Positions 29,240 to 43,020 of a stretch of DNA of 64,000 bases are shown here, one piece after another. Each line of letters starts with the position of its first letter. The first letter of the stretch is position 1. The notes beneath the pieces are model-generated. The model was not told the DNA's origin. It ran no database searches and saw only the letters and a list, made by a program, of their open reading frames with translations. The DNA lies in assembly GCA_009914755.4 (NCBI GenBank), contig CP086569.2, forward strand, positions 10,848,001-10,912,000, given 5' to 3'. The stretch is from the human T2T-CHM13v2.0 reference genome, Homo sapiens. Made by a program: the position numbers and the translations under genes.

Positions 29240-29581
29240 ATTGAAGATATTTCTTTTTCCACAATAGGCCTCAAAGCGCTCAAAATATCCACTTTCACAT
29301 TCTACAAAAAGAGTGTTTCAAAACTGCACAATCAAAAGATAGTTCAACTCTGTGAGTTGAATGCGCACAACAAAAAGATGTTTCTCGGAATTATTTCTGT
29401 GTAGTTTTTATGTGAAGATATTTCCTTTTCCACAATGGGCCTCAAAGTGCTCCAAATATCCACTTGCAGATTCTACAAAAAGAGTTTTCCAAAACTGCTC
29501 CATCAAAAGAAAGTTTCACCTCTGTGAGATGAATGCACATACCACAAAGAAGTGTCTCAGAATGCTTCTGTGTAGTTTTTA
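29240..29581. repeat. A 342-bp insertion of two alpha-satellite monomers relative to the canonical 34-mer, giving a 6127-bp, 36-mer-sized stretch. Boundaries are approximate because neighbouring monomers are homologous.
   Basis: Copy-1 offset 334 (ccacaataagacccaaaaggctcc) is found at 29601 rather than the expected 29259, a shift of 342 bp. The inserted monomers (29240-29580, ORF 29361..29609) have no counterpart at the equivalent place in copies 1-5. Confidence 0.8.
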
Positions 29582-30639
29582 TGTGAAGATATTTCCTTTT
29601 CCACAATAAGCCCCAAAAGGCTCCAAATATTCACTTGCAGATTCTAAAAAAACAGTGTTTCAAAACTGCTCAATCAAAAGAAAGGTTCAACTCTGTGAGA
29701 AGAATGCTCACATCACTGAGAAGTTTCTCAGAATGCTTCTGTGTAGTTTTTATATGAAGATATTTCCTTTCCCACCGTAGGCCACAAAAGGCTCCAAATA
29801 TCCACTTGCAGATACTATGAAAAGAGAGTTTCAAAACTGCTCATTCAAAAGATAGGTTCAACTCTGTGGTTTGAATGCACACAGCACAAAGAAGTTTCAC
29901 AGAATGTGTCTGTGTAGTTTTTATGTGCGGATGTTTCCTTTTCCACCATATGCCTAAATATTTCCCAATTTCCACTTGCAGATTCTACAAGAAGAGTGTT
30001 TCAAAACTGCTGTATCAAATAAAGTTGAACTCTGTGAGGTGAATGCACACAGCACAAAATGGTTTCTCAGAATGCTTCCTTGTTGTTTTTATATGAAGAT
30101 GTTTCCTTTTCAACAATAGGCCTCAAAGTGCTTCAAATGTCCACTTGCAGATTCTACAAAAAGAGTGTTTCAAAACTGCTCAATCAAAAGAAAGGTTCGA
30201 CTCTGGGAAATTAATGCACACATCACAAAGAAGTTTCTCAGCTTCTGTGTAGTTTTCATGTGAAGTTATTTCCTTTTCCACAATAGGCCGCAAAGGGCTC
30301 CAAATATCAACTTACAGATTCTAGGAAAAGAGAGTTTCAAAACTGCTCTACGAAAAGATAGGTTGAACTCTGTGAGATGAATGCACACATCACAAAGAAG
30401 TTTCTCAGAATGCATCTGTGTAGTTTTTACGGGAAGATATTTCCTTTTCCACCATCTTCCACAAAGGTCTCCAAGTAACCACTTGCAGATTCTACAGAAA
30501 GACACTTTAAAAACTGCTCTATCAAAAGATCAGTTCAAGTCTGTGGTTGGAATGCACACATCACAAAGAATTTTCTCAGAATGCTTCTGTGTAGTTTTCA
30601 TATGAAGATATTTTCTTTTCCACCATAGGCCTCAAAGTG

Positions 30640-32340
30640 CTCCAAATATCCACTTGCAGATTCTACAAAAAGAGTGTTTCAAAACTGCTCAATCAAAAGA
30701 AAGGTACAACTCTTTTTGATGAATTCACTAATAACAAAGACGTTTCTCACAATGCTTCTCTGTAGTTTTTATGTGAAGATCTTTCCTTTTCTACCATAGG
30801 CATCAAAGCACTACAAATATCCAATAGCAGATTCTACAAAAAGAGTGTTTCAAAACTGTTCAATCAAATGAAACGTTCAACCCTGTGAGATGAATGCAGA
30901 CATTAAAAGATAGTTTCTCATTATGGTTCTGGGTAGTTTTTATGTGAACTTATTTCCTTTTCCAAAATAGGCCGGAAAGTGCTCCAAGTATCCACTTGCA
31001 GATTCTACAAAAAGAGATTCAAAACTCCTCCATCAAAAGATAGGTTGAACTCCGTGAGATTAATGCATACATCACAACGAAGTTTCTCAGAGGGCTTCAT
31101 TGTAGTTTTATGGGAAGATATTTCCTTTTCCACTATATGTCTCAAAGATATCCAAATATACACTTGCAGATTCTACAAAATGAGAGTTTCAAAACTGCTC
31201 TGTCAAAAAAAGAGGTTCAGCTGCATGAGTTGAATGCACACATCACAAAGAAGTTTCTCAGAATGCTTCTGTGTATTTTTTATGTTAAGATATTTTCTTT
31301 TCCACCATAGGCTGCAAAGGGCTCCAAATATCCACTTGCAGATTCTACAAAAAGAGATTTTCAAAACTGCTCAATCAAAAGAAAGGCTCAACTCTGTGAG
31401 ATGAATGCACACAAAACAAAGGAGTTTCTGCAAATGCTTCTGTGTAGTTTTTAAGTGAAGATACTTCCTTTTCCACAATAGGTCTCGAAGCCCTCCAAAT
31501 ATCCAAATGTGGATTCTACAAAAAGAGTGTTTCAAAACTGCTCAATCAAATGGAAGCTTCAACTCTAAGAAATGAATACACACCTGACAAAGAAGTTTCT
31601 CAGAATGATTTTGTGTAGTTTTTTGGGGAAGGCGTTTTCCTTTCCACCATCGGTCACAAAGGCCTCCAAATAACCACATGCAGATTCTACACAAGGAGAG
31701 TTTCAAAACTGCTCTGTCAAAAGATAGGTTCAGCTCTGCGAGTTGAATGCACACATCACAGACAAGTTTCTCAGAATGCTTCTGTGTAGTTTTCATGTGA
31801 AGATATTTCCTTTTCCACTTTAGGCCACAAAGCACTCCAAATATCCACTTGCAGAAACTACAAAAAGAGTCTTTCAAAACTGCTCAAGCAAAAGAAAAGT
31901 TCAACTCTGTGAGATGAATGCACACATCACAAAGGAGTTTCTGAGAATGCTTCTGTGTAGTTTTTATGTGAAATATTTCCTTTTCCACCATAGGCTTCAA
32001 AGTGCTCCAAATATTCACTTGTAAATTATAAAAACAGAATTTTTCAAAAATGCTCAGTTAAAAGAATGTTTCAACACTGTGAGATGAATGCACACATCAC
32101 AGAAAGTTTCTGGGAATGCTTCTGTGTGGTTTTTATGTGAGGATATTTCCTTTTCCACCATAGACTACCAAGGGCTCCAAATATCCACTTGCAGATTCTA
32201 CAAAAAGAGAGTTTCGAAATGCTCTATCAAAAGATAGGTTCAAATATGTGATATGAATGCACACATCACAAAGTAGTTTCTCAGAATGCTTCCGTGTAGT
32301 TTTTATGTAAAGATATTTCCTTTTCCACCATAGGCCTCAA
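30640..32340. repeat. About 1.7 kb of divergent alpha-satellite monomers (roughly 10) inside the variant copy. Its distal end is a junction between two paralogous HOR monomers, which looks like unequal exchange.
   Basis: Divergence from the canonical HOR starts at ggcctcaaagTGctcc (30637). ORFs 30979, 31110 and 31542 have no canonical counterpart. 32180-32340 resembles canonical HOR offset about 1760-1930 (...caactatgtgatatgaatgc...gtagtttttatgtaaagatatttcc...). At the shared motif ccataggcctcaaagcactccaaatatccacttgcagattctacaaaaagagat it then continues as canonical offset about 1400 (...ttttcaaaactagtcaatcaaaag...). Confidence 0.7.
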
Positions 32341-35220
32341 AGCACTCCAAATATCCACTTGCAGATTCTACAAAAAGAGATTTTCCAAACTAGTCAATCA
32401 AAAGAAAGGTTCAACTCTGTCAGTTGAATGCACATATCACAAACAAGTTTCTCGGAATGCGTCTGTGTAGTTTTTATGTGAAGATATTTCCTTCTCCACA
32501 ACAGGCCTCAAAGTGCTCCGAATATCCACTTGCAGATTTTACTAAAGAGTGTTTCCAAACTGCTCAATCAAGAGGAAGTTTCAAGTCTGTGAGCTGAACG
32601 CACACATCACAAAGTAGTTTCTGAGAATGCTTCTGTGTAGTTTTTATGTGAAGATGTTTCCTTTTCCACCATAGGCTGCAAAGGGCTCCAAATATCCACT
32701 TGCAGATTCTACAAAAAGAGAGTTTCAAAAGTGCTCTATCAAAAGATAGGTTCAACTATGTGATATGAATGCACACATCACAAAGTAGTTTCTCAGAATG
32801 CTTCTGTGTAGTTTTTATGTAAAGATATTTCCTTTTCCACCATAGGCCTCAAAGCACTCCAAATATCCACTTGCAGATTCTACAAAAAGAGATGTTCAAA
32901 ACTATTTAATCAAAAGAAAGGTTCAAATCTGTCAGTTGAAGGTACATATCACAAACAAGTTTATTGGAATGCTTCTGTGTAGTTTTTATGTGAAGATATT
33001 TCCTTTTCCACAACAGGCCTCAAGGTGCTCCAAATATCCACTTGCAGATTTCACTAAAAGTGTGTTTCCAAACTGCTCAATCAAGAGGAAGTTTCAAGTC
33101 TGTGAGGTGAATGCACACATTACAAAGAAGTTACTGAGAATGCTTCTGTGTAGTTTTTATGTGAAGATATTTCCTTTTCCACCGCAGGCCTCAAAGCGCT
33201 GCAAATATCCACTTGCAGATTCTACAAAAAGAGAGTTTCAAAACTGCTGTATCAAAAGATAGGGTCAACTCTGCGAGTTGAATAAACACATCACAAATAA
33301 GTTTCTGGGAACGCTTCTGTATAGTTTTATGTGAATATATTTCCTTTTCCACCATATGCCTCAAAGCACTCCAAATATCCACTTGCACATTATAGAAACA
33401 TAGTCTTTCAAAACTTGTCAATCAAAGAAAGGTTCAACTCCGTGAGATGAGTGCACACATCACAGAGAAGTTTCTCGGAATGTTTCTGTGTAGTTTTTAT
33501 GTGAAGATATTGCCTTTTCCACAATAGGCCTCAAAGCGTTCCAAATATCCAATTGCAGATTCCACAAAAAAAGTTTTTTAAAACTGCTCAATCAAATGAT
33601 AGATTAAACTCTGTGAGATTAGTGCACACATGTCAAAAAAGTTTCTCAGAATGCTTCTGTGTACTTTTTAGGGGAAGATATTTCCTTTTCCACCATCGGT
33701 CACAAAGGACTCCAAATAACCACATGCAGATTCTAGTAACACAGAGTTTCAAAACTGCTCTATCAAAAGATAAGTTCAACTCTGAGAGTTTAGTGCAACC
33801 ATCGTGAAGAAGTTTCTCAGAATGCTTCTGAGTAGTGTTTATGTGAAGATATTTCCTTTTCCACCATAGGCCTGAAAGCCCTCCAAATATCCACTTGCAG
33901 ATCCTACAAAAAGAAAGTTTCGAAATGCTCTCTCAAACGATAGTTTCGACTCTGTGGTATGAATACACACATCACAAAGAAGTTTCTCAGAATGCTTCTG
34001 TGTAGTTTTTAAATGAAGATATTTCTTTTTCCACCATAGGCCTCAAAGCACTCCAAATATGCACTTCCAGATTCTACAAAAAGAGTGTTTCAGAACTGCT
34101 CAAACAAAAGGAAGGTTCCAGTCTGAGACAAATACACACATCAAAAGGTAATTTCTCAGAATGCTTCTGTGTAGTTTTTATGTGAAGATATTTTCCTTTC
34201 CACCATAGGCCACAAATGGCTCTAAATACCCACTTACATTTTCCACAGAAAGAGAGTTTCAAAACTGCTCTACCAAAGGTAAGTTTAACGCTGTGAGTTA
34301 AGAACATCACAAAGAAGTTTCTCAGAATGCTTCTGTGTAGTTCTTATGTAAAGATATTTCCTTTTACACAATAGGCAGAAAAGTGCTCCAAATATCCACT
34401 TGAAGATTCTACAAAAACCGTGTTTCAAAACTGCCGAATCAAAAGAAAGTTTCAACTCTGTGAGATGAATGCACACATAACAAAGGAGTTTCTCAGAATG
34501 CTTCTGTGTAGCTTTTATATGAAGATATTTAGTTTTCCACAACAGGCCTCAAAGCTCTCTCCATATCCACTTGCAGATTCTACCGAAAGAGTGCTTCCAA
34601 ACTGCTCAATCAAAAGAGACATTCAAATCTGTGAGGTGAATGCAGACATCGTAAAGAAGTTTCTCAGAATGCTTCTGTGTATTTTTTGTGTGAAGTTATT
34701 CGTTTTTGCACCATAGGCCTCCAAGCGTTCTAAATATCCACTTCTAGATTCTACAAAAAGAGAGTTTCAAAACTACTCAAACAAAAGGTTCAATTCTGTG
34801 AGTTGAAAGCAAACATCACAAAGAAGTTTCTCAGAATGCGTCTGTGTAGTTTTTATGTGAAGATATTTCCTTTTCACAATAGAATGCAAAGGGCTCCAAA
34901 TATCCACTTGGAGATTCTACAAAAAGAGTTTCAAAACCGCTCTGTCAAATGATAGGTTGAACTCCCGGAGGTGAATACACACATCACAAAGAGGTTTCTC
35001 AGCATGCTTCTGTGTAGTTTTTATGTAAACATATTTCCGTTTCTATCATAGGCCTCAAAGTGCTCCAAATATTCACTTGTACATTCTACCAAACGAGTAT
35101 TTCAAAACTGCTCAATCAAATGGAAGGTTCAAAACTGTGACATGAATGCCCACATCACAAAGTAGTTTCTCAGAATGCTTCTGTGTAGTTTTTATGTGAA
35201 GATATTTCCTTTTCCACAAT

Positions 35221-35787
35221 AGGTAACAAAGCGCTCTGAAGTTCCAATTGCACACCCTACAAAAAGAATGTTTCAAAACTGCTCAATCAAATGAAAGGTT
35301 ACACTCTGTGAGATGAATGCACACATCACAAAGAAGTTTCTCAGAATGCTTCTGTGTAGTTTTTAGGGGAACACATTTCCTTTTCCACCATTGGCCACAA
35401 AAGGCTCCAAATAATCACACGCAGAATCTACAAAAAGAGAGTTTCAAAACTGCTGTATGAAAAGATAGGTTCAACTCTACGAGTTGAATGCACACATCAC
35501 AAAGAAGTTTCTTAGAATTTTTTTGTGTAGTTTTTATGTGGAGATGTTTCATTTCCCACCATATGCCTCAAAGCATTCCAAATAACCCCTTGCAGATTCT
35601 ATGAAAAGAGTGTTTCAAAAGTTTTCAGTCAAAAGAAAAGTTCAACTCTGTGAGTTGAATGCCCACATCAGAAAGAGGTTTCTCATAATTCTCCCGTATA
35701 GTTTTTATGTGAAGATATTGCCATTTCCACAACAGACCTGCAAGGGCTCAAAAAATCCACTTGCAGATTCTACAAAAAGAGAGTTTA
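35221..35787. repeat. Divergent monomeric alpha satellite, outside the HOR.
   Basis: About 170-bp alphoid periodicity is retained, but the sequence no longer matches any HOR position. Monomers differ substantially from one another. Confidence 0.85.
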
Positions 35788-36095
<308 letters not shown>

Positions 36096-39000
36096 GAGAG
36101 AGATTTTAAAAACTGCTCTATCAAAAGATATGTTCAACTCAGTGAGTTGAATGCACACATGACAAGGAAGTTTCTCAGAGTGCTTCTGTGTAGTTTTTAT
36201 GAGTAGATATTTCCTTTTCCACAATGGGCCTCAAGGGGCTCCAAATATCCATTTACAGATTCTACAAAAAGTGTGTTTGAAAACTGCTCAATCAAAATAA
36301 ACCTTCAACTCTGTGAGATGAATGCACACACCACAAAGAAGTTTCTCAGAATGATACTGTGTAGTTTTTATGTGAAGCTAATTCCTTTTCCACCACAGGC
36401 CACAAAGTGCTCCAAATATCCACTTGCAGCCTCTACAAAGAGAGAGTTTCAAAACTGCTATATCAAAAGATAGGTTCAACTCTGAGATGAATGCAGACAT
36501 CACAAAGAAGTTTCTCAGAATGCCTCTGTGTAGTTTTTATGTGAAGATTTTTCCTTTTGACCATAGGACTCAAAGTGCTCCACATATCCACTTGCAGATT
36601 CTACAGAAAGAGTGTTTCCAAATTGCTCCGTCAAAAGAAAGGTTCAACTCTGTGAGATGAATGCAAACAAAACAACTAAGTTTCTGAGAATGCTTCTGTG
36701 TAGTTTTTATGGGAAGATATTTCCCTTTCCACAATAGGCCTCAAAGCACAGCAAATACTTGCAGAATCTACAAAAGTGTGTTTCAAAACTGCTCAATCAA
36801 ATCAAATATCCAACACTGTGAGATGAATGCACTCTTCAAAAGAAGGTTCCCAGAATGGTTCTGTGTAGTTTTTATGTTCAGATATTTCCTTTTCCATTAT
36901 CAGCCAGAAAGGACTCCAAATACCCACTTGCAGATTCTACAAAAAGAGAGTTTCAAAACTGCTCTATCAAAAGATAGGTTCAACTCTGCGAGTTGAATAC
37001 ACACATCGCAAAGTAGTTTCTCAAAATGCTTCTGTGTAGTTTTCATGTGAAGGTATTTCCTTTTCCACCATAGGCCTCAAAGTGCTCCAAATATCCACTT
37101 TCAGATTCTATAAAAAGAGTGTCAAAACTGCTAAATCAAAAGAAAGTTGAACAATATGAGATGAATGCACACAAAACAAATAAGTTTCTGAGAATACTTC
37201 TGTGTAGTTTTTATGTGAAGATATTTCCTTTTCCACAACAGGCCTCAAAGCACTCAAAATATACACTTGCAGATTCTCCAGAAAGAGTGTTTCAAAATTG
37301 CTCAATCAAATGAAATGTTCAACTCTGTTAGATGAAAGCATGCAACACAAAGATGATTCACAGCATGCTTCTGTGTAGTTTTTAGGGGGAAATTTTTCCC
37401 TTTCCACCATCAGCCTCAAAGTGGTCCAAATAACCACGTGCAGATTCTACAAAAGGGAGTTTCAAAACTGCTCTATCAAAAGAGAGGTTCAACTCTGCGA
37501 GTTGAATGCACACATCACAAAGAAGTTTCTTCTAATGCTTCTGTGTAGTTTTTAAGGGAAGATATTTCCTTTTACACCTTTGACCCCAAAGCGCTCCAAA
37601 TATCCACTTGCAGATTCTATGAATAGAGTGTTTCAAAACTGCTCAATCATAAGAAAGTTTCAACTCTGTGATATGAATGGACACATCCAAAAGAAGTTTC
37701 TTATAATGCTCCTGTGTAGTTTTTACGTGAAGATATTTCCTTTTTCACAATAGACTTCCAAGTGCACCAAATATTCACTTGCAGATTCTACTAAAAGAGT
37801 GTTTCCAAACTACTCAATCAAAAGAAATGTTCAACTCCGTGAGATGAATGCACACATCACAAAGAAGTTTCTCCGAATGCTTCTGTGTAGATTTTGTGGA
37901 AAGATATTTCCTTTTCCACAATAGGAATCAAAGCACAGAAAATATCCACTTGAAGACTCTACAAAAAGAATGTTTCAAAACTGCTCAATCAAAAGAGAGT
38001 TTCAACTCTGTGAGATGAGTGCACACATCAGAAAGAAGTTTCTTAGAATGCTTCTGTGTAATTTTTATGTAAAAATATTTCCTTTTCCACCATGTGCCCC
38101 AAAGGTCTCCAAATATCCACTTGAAGATTCTACAAAAAGTGAGTTTAAAAACTCCTCTATCAAAAGATAGGTTGAACTCTGTGAGATGAATGCACACATC
38201 ACAAAGAAGTTTCTCAGAATGCTTCTGTGTAGTTTTTATGTGAAGATATTTCCTTTTCCATCGTAGGCCTGAAAGAGCTCCAAATATGCACATGTAGATT
38301 CTACAAAAAGAGTGTTTCAAAACTGCTCAATCAAAAGAAAGTTCAACTCTGTGAGGTGAATGCACACATCACAAAGAAGTTTCTCAGAATGCTTCTGTGT
38401 TGTTTTCATGTGAAGATATTTCCTTTCCCACCATAGGCCTCTAAGTGCTTCAAATTTCCACTTCCAGGTTCTATAAAAAGAGAGTTTCCAAATGGCTTAA
38501 TCTAAAGAAAGTTTTAACTCTCTGAGATGAATGCACATATCAGAAATGAGTTTCTTGGAATGCTTCTGTCTAGTTTCTAAGTGAAGATATTTCCTTTATC
38601 TCAGTAGGCCACAAAGCCCTCTAAATATCCTCTTGCAGATTCTACAAATAGTGTGTTTCAAAACTGCTCAATCAAAAGAAATGTTCAAGTCTGAGGGATG
38701 AATGTACACATCACAAAGAAGTTTCTCAGAATACTTCTGTCTAGTTTTTATGTGAAGATATTTCCTTTTCCACTATAGGCGGCAAAGCCCTCCAAATATC
38801 CGCTTGCAGATTCTACAAAAAGAGTGTTTCAAAACTACTCAGTCAAAAGAAAGGTTCAACTCCGTGAGTTGAATGCACACATCACAAATAAGTTGTTCAG
38901 AATGCTTCCGTCTAGATTTTACGTGACGATATTTCCTTTACCGGCAAAGGATGCAATTCGTTCCAAACATCCCCTTACAGATTTTACTAAAAGAGTCTTG

Positions 39001-40325
39001 CAAAACTGCTGAATCAAAATAAAGGTTCAACGCTGTAAGATGAATGCACACAACACATTGAAGCTTTTCAGAATGCCTCCATCTGGTTTTTATATGAAGA
39101 TATTTCCTTTTCCACAATAGACCTCAAAGTGCTCTAAATGTACACTTGCAGGTTCTGCAAAAAGGGTGTTTCAGAACTGTTCAATGAAAGGAAGGTTCAA
39201 CTCCGTGAGACCAATGCACAGATTACGAAGGAGTTTGTCAGAATATTTCTGTGTCCTGTTTGTGTGAAGATATTTCCCTTTCCACCATAGGCATCAAAGT
39301 GCTCCAAATGTCCACTTGCAGATTCTACAAAAACTGTGTTTGCAAGATGCTCAATCGAAAGAAATGTTCAATTCTGAGATGAATGCACACATCACAGAGA
39401 AGTTTCTCAGAATGATTCTTTCTAGTTATTATGTGAAGATATTTCGTTATTCACCATATGCCTCAAAGCAATCTTAATGTCCTCTTGTAGATTCTACAAA
39501 AACTGTGTTTCCAAGCTGTTCAATCAAAAGAAATATTCAATTCTGTGAGACGAATGCACACATCACAAAGAAGTTTCTCAGAATGGTTCTGTCTAGTTAT
39601 TATTTGAGGATATTTCGTTATCCACCAAAGGACTCAAAGAGCTCCAAATGTTCACTTGCAGATTCTACAAAAAGAGTGTTTCAAAACTGTTCAATGGAAA
39701 TTAAGGTTCAACTCTGTGAGATGAATGCACACATCACAAAGAAGTTTGTCAGAATGTTTCTCTCTATAGTTTTTATGTGAAGACACTTCCTTTTCCATCA
39801 TAGGCTTCAAGGCGCTCCAAAAGTCCACATGCAGATTGTACAAAGTGTTTCACGGCTGTTTAATCAAATGAAAGTTTCAACCCTGTGAGATGAATACACA
39901 CATCACAAAGAAAATTATCAGAATGCTTCTGTCTAGTTTTGTGAAGATATTTCCTTTTCCAGAATAGGCCTCAATGTACTCCAAGTGTCCAGTTGCAGAT
40001 ATTAAAAAAAATGGTGTTTCAAAACTGCTCAATCAAAACTAAAGTTCAACTCTGTGAGTTCAATGCATATATCACAAAGAAGTTTGTCAGAATGCTTCTG
40101 TCTAGTTTTTATGTGAAGATAGTTTCTTTTCACCTTATGCCTCAAATCGCTCCATATGTCCACTTGCAGATTCTGCAAAAAGAGTTTTTCCAATCTGTTC
40201 AATAAAAAGAAAGGTTCAACTCTGTGAGAAGAATGAACAAATCACACAGAAGTTTCTCAGAATGCTTCTGTCTAGGTTTTATGTGAATATATTTCCCTTT
40301 CCACCATAGGCGTCAAAGTGCTCCA
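36096..40325. repeat. Divergent monomeric alpha satellite (about 25 monomers), with progressively degraded monomers approaching the junction.
   Basis: About 170-bp periodicity with alphoid motifs and inter-monomer divergence clearly higher than in the HOR. Short ORF-track peptides resemble the alpha-sat frames (..FLRMLLCSFYVKIFPFP..) but are not periodic. Confidence 0.85.
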
Positions 40326-42956
40326 GTCCACTACACTGCATTCCATTTCGTCCCATTCCATTCCACTCCAATCCACTCCACTCCAATGCACTCCATTCCA
40401 TTCCATTCCTTTCGATTCCACTCTATTCCAATCCAGGGTATTCCATACAATTTTTTGAAAGGATCTCATTCTGTCTCCCAGGTTGGAGTGCAGTGGCACA
40501 GTGTCAGCTCACATTTCATTTCAACATTCCATTCCATTCCGTGGCATTCCATTCCATTCTATTCCATTCCACTCCACACCACTCCACTCCACTCCATTCC
40601 ATTCCATCCCATTCCACTCCACTACATTCCACTCGACTCCACTCCACTCCACTCGACTCCACTCCACTCCACTCGACTCCACTCCAATATACTCAGTTTC
40701 AATTCCATTCCATTCCATTCAACTCCATTGCATAACACTCCTTTATTTTGACAGGATCTCACCCTGTCAAAAAGTCTGGACTGCAGTGTCACAATCTCAG
40801 CTCACATTTCATTTCACCATTCCATTCCATTCGATTCCATTCCTTTCAACTCCATTCCATTCCACTTCACTCCACTCCACTCCATTCTACCCCAATCCCT
40901 TCCATTACACTAACTTCCATTCCATTCCTTTCTTCTGACAGGATGTCACTCTGTCATCCAGGCGGGAGTGCACTGGAACAATCTTAGCTGATATTTCACT
41001 TCACCTTTCCAATGCCTTGCCTTCCATTCCATTCCATTCCATTCCATTCCATTCCATTCCATTCCATTCCATTCCGTAACATTCCACTCCACTGCACCCA
41101 ACTCCAATCCACTCCACTTCAGTCCACTCCACTTCAATCCACTCAAATCCATTCCCTTCAATTCCACTCCATTTCATTCCACTCCATTACCCGCCACTCC
41201 ACTCCAGTCCACTCCACTCCATCCCATTCCATCCCACTCCATTCCACTCCATTCCACTCCACTCCACTCCATTCCATTCCAATCCATCCCACCCATTCCA
41301 CTCCATTCCACTCCACTCCACATCATTCTAGTCCACTCCACTCCACTCCATTTCGTTGAATCTCATTCCATTCCACTCCATTCCACTTCACTCCACTCCA
41401 CACCACTCCACTCTACTCCACTCCATTCCATCCCATTCCATTCCACAGCATTCCACTCCACTCCACTCCAGTAAACTCCACTCGACTCCATTGCATTCTA
41501 TTCCATTTCAATCGATTCCACTCCACTCCATCCCTTTCTTTCGACAGGATCTCACTCTGCTCCACATTCTACAATGCAGTGGCACAACCTCAGCTCACAT
41601 TTAATTTCACCATTCCATTCCATTCCATTCCATTCCATTCCATTCCACTCCACTCAACTCCAATCCATTCCACTCCAGTACATTCCATTAATACCAGTCC
41701 ACTCTACTACACTCCATTCCATCCCATTCCAATTCACTCCATTCCATTCTCCTCCACTCCACTCCAATCCACTCTACTCCACTACACTCTATTTCACTGC
41801 ACTCCATTCTATTCTACTCCATTGCATTCCATTCAATTCCACTCCATTCCACTCCACTGCCCTCCATTCCATCCCATTTCATTCCATTCCATTCCACTAC
41901 ATGCACTCCACTAGGCTCCACTCCATTTCATTGTATTCCATCCCATTCCTTTCCACTCGACTCCACTCCACTCCACTCCACGCCACTCCACTCCACTCCA
42001 TTCCATTCCATTCTATTCCATTCCATCCCATTCCTCTCCATTCCATTCCACTCCACTCAACTCCATTCAATTCCTTTCCATTCCACTCCACTTCATTGTA
42101 TTCCATTCCTTTCTTTAAATAGGATCTCACTCTGTTACACAGGCTGGAGGGCAGTGCCACAATCTAGATCACATTTCATTTCACCATTCCTTTCTATTCC
42201 ATTATATTCCACTCCATTCCACTCCTCTCTATTCAATCCCATTCCATTCCACTCCAATCCAATCCACTACACTACACTCCGTTCCTTTCCATTACATCAT
42301 ATTCCACTCCACTTCATTCCACGCCAATCGACTCCACTCCATTCCATTCCATTTCATTCCAATACACTCCATTACATTATATCCCTTTCTTTTGACAGAA
42401 TCTCACGCTGTCACCCAGGCCGGAATGCAGTGACACAATCTCAGCTCACATTTCATTTCACAATTCCATTCCATTGCGTTCTGTTCTGTACTGTTCTGCT
42501 GCATTCCACTCCACTCAATTCCACTCAACTAAACTCCAATCCACTCCCCTCAACTCCACTGCCATACACTCCACTTCAATACACTCCATCTCAATCCTTT
42601 CCACTCCATCCACTCCACTGCACTCCACTCCACTACATTCCATTTTATTCCATCCCATTCCATTCCACTCCTTTCAAAACCATTCCACTTCACTCCATTC
42701 CATTCCATTCCAACCCTTTTCATTCCATTCCATTCCATTCCATTCCATTCCATTCCATTCCATTCCATTCCATTCCATTCCATTTCATTTCATTCAGTTG
42801 GAATCCATTCCATTCCACTCGTTTCCATTCCATTCCTTTCCATTCCATTCCATTCCATCCCATTCCACTCCATTCCATTCCACTCCACTCCACTCCATTC
42901 CCCTCCTATCCACTTCATTACATTCTACTCCACTCCATTACATTCCTTTCTTTAGG

Positions 42957-43020
42957 CAGGATCTCACTCTCTCACCCAGGCTGGAGTGCAGTGGTGAATC
43001 TCAGCTCACATTTCATTTCT
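42957..43020 (-). repeat. Representative copy of the antisense-Alu-derived segment embedded in the pentamer satellite. About 70 copies occur between 40460 and 64000.
   Basis: gcaggatctcactctctcacccaggctggagtgcagtggtgaatctcagctcacatttcatttc. Compare the antisense Alu 3' end GAGACGGAGTCTCGCTCTGTCGCCCAGGCTGGAGTGCAGTGGCGCGATCTCGGCTCAC. It always sits between ...ttcctttctttcgac and ...atttcatttcaccattccattcc. Confidence 0.8.

Larger units (their letters stand above)
28926..35220. repeat. Structurally variant sixth HOR copy at the array edge. It contains a two-monomer insertion (a 36-mer-like stretch) and a rearranged, divergent block of about 1.7 kb, then returns to the canonical HOR register until about 35220.
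   Basis: 28926-29200 matches the start of copy 1. ORF 30266..30505 equals ORF 24139..24378 at an offset of 6127 (5785+342). ORFs 32564, 32936, 33191, 33553, 34074, 34285 and 34420 match copy-5 ORFs at an offset of 7832. Canonical sequence ends at ...tttccacaa|t aggtaacaaagcgctctgaagttcc (about 35219). Confidence 0.85.

Noticed and set aside
1-35220. CENP-B box sites, which I looked for as a promoter_or_regulatory feature.
   Set aside because: I found none. The corresponding position in every monomer has the pJalpha-like ttccttttccaccatagg form. I report this as a finding (an absence) and not as a feature.
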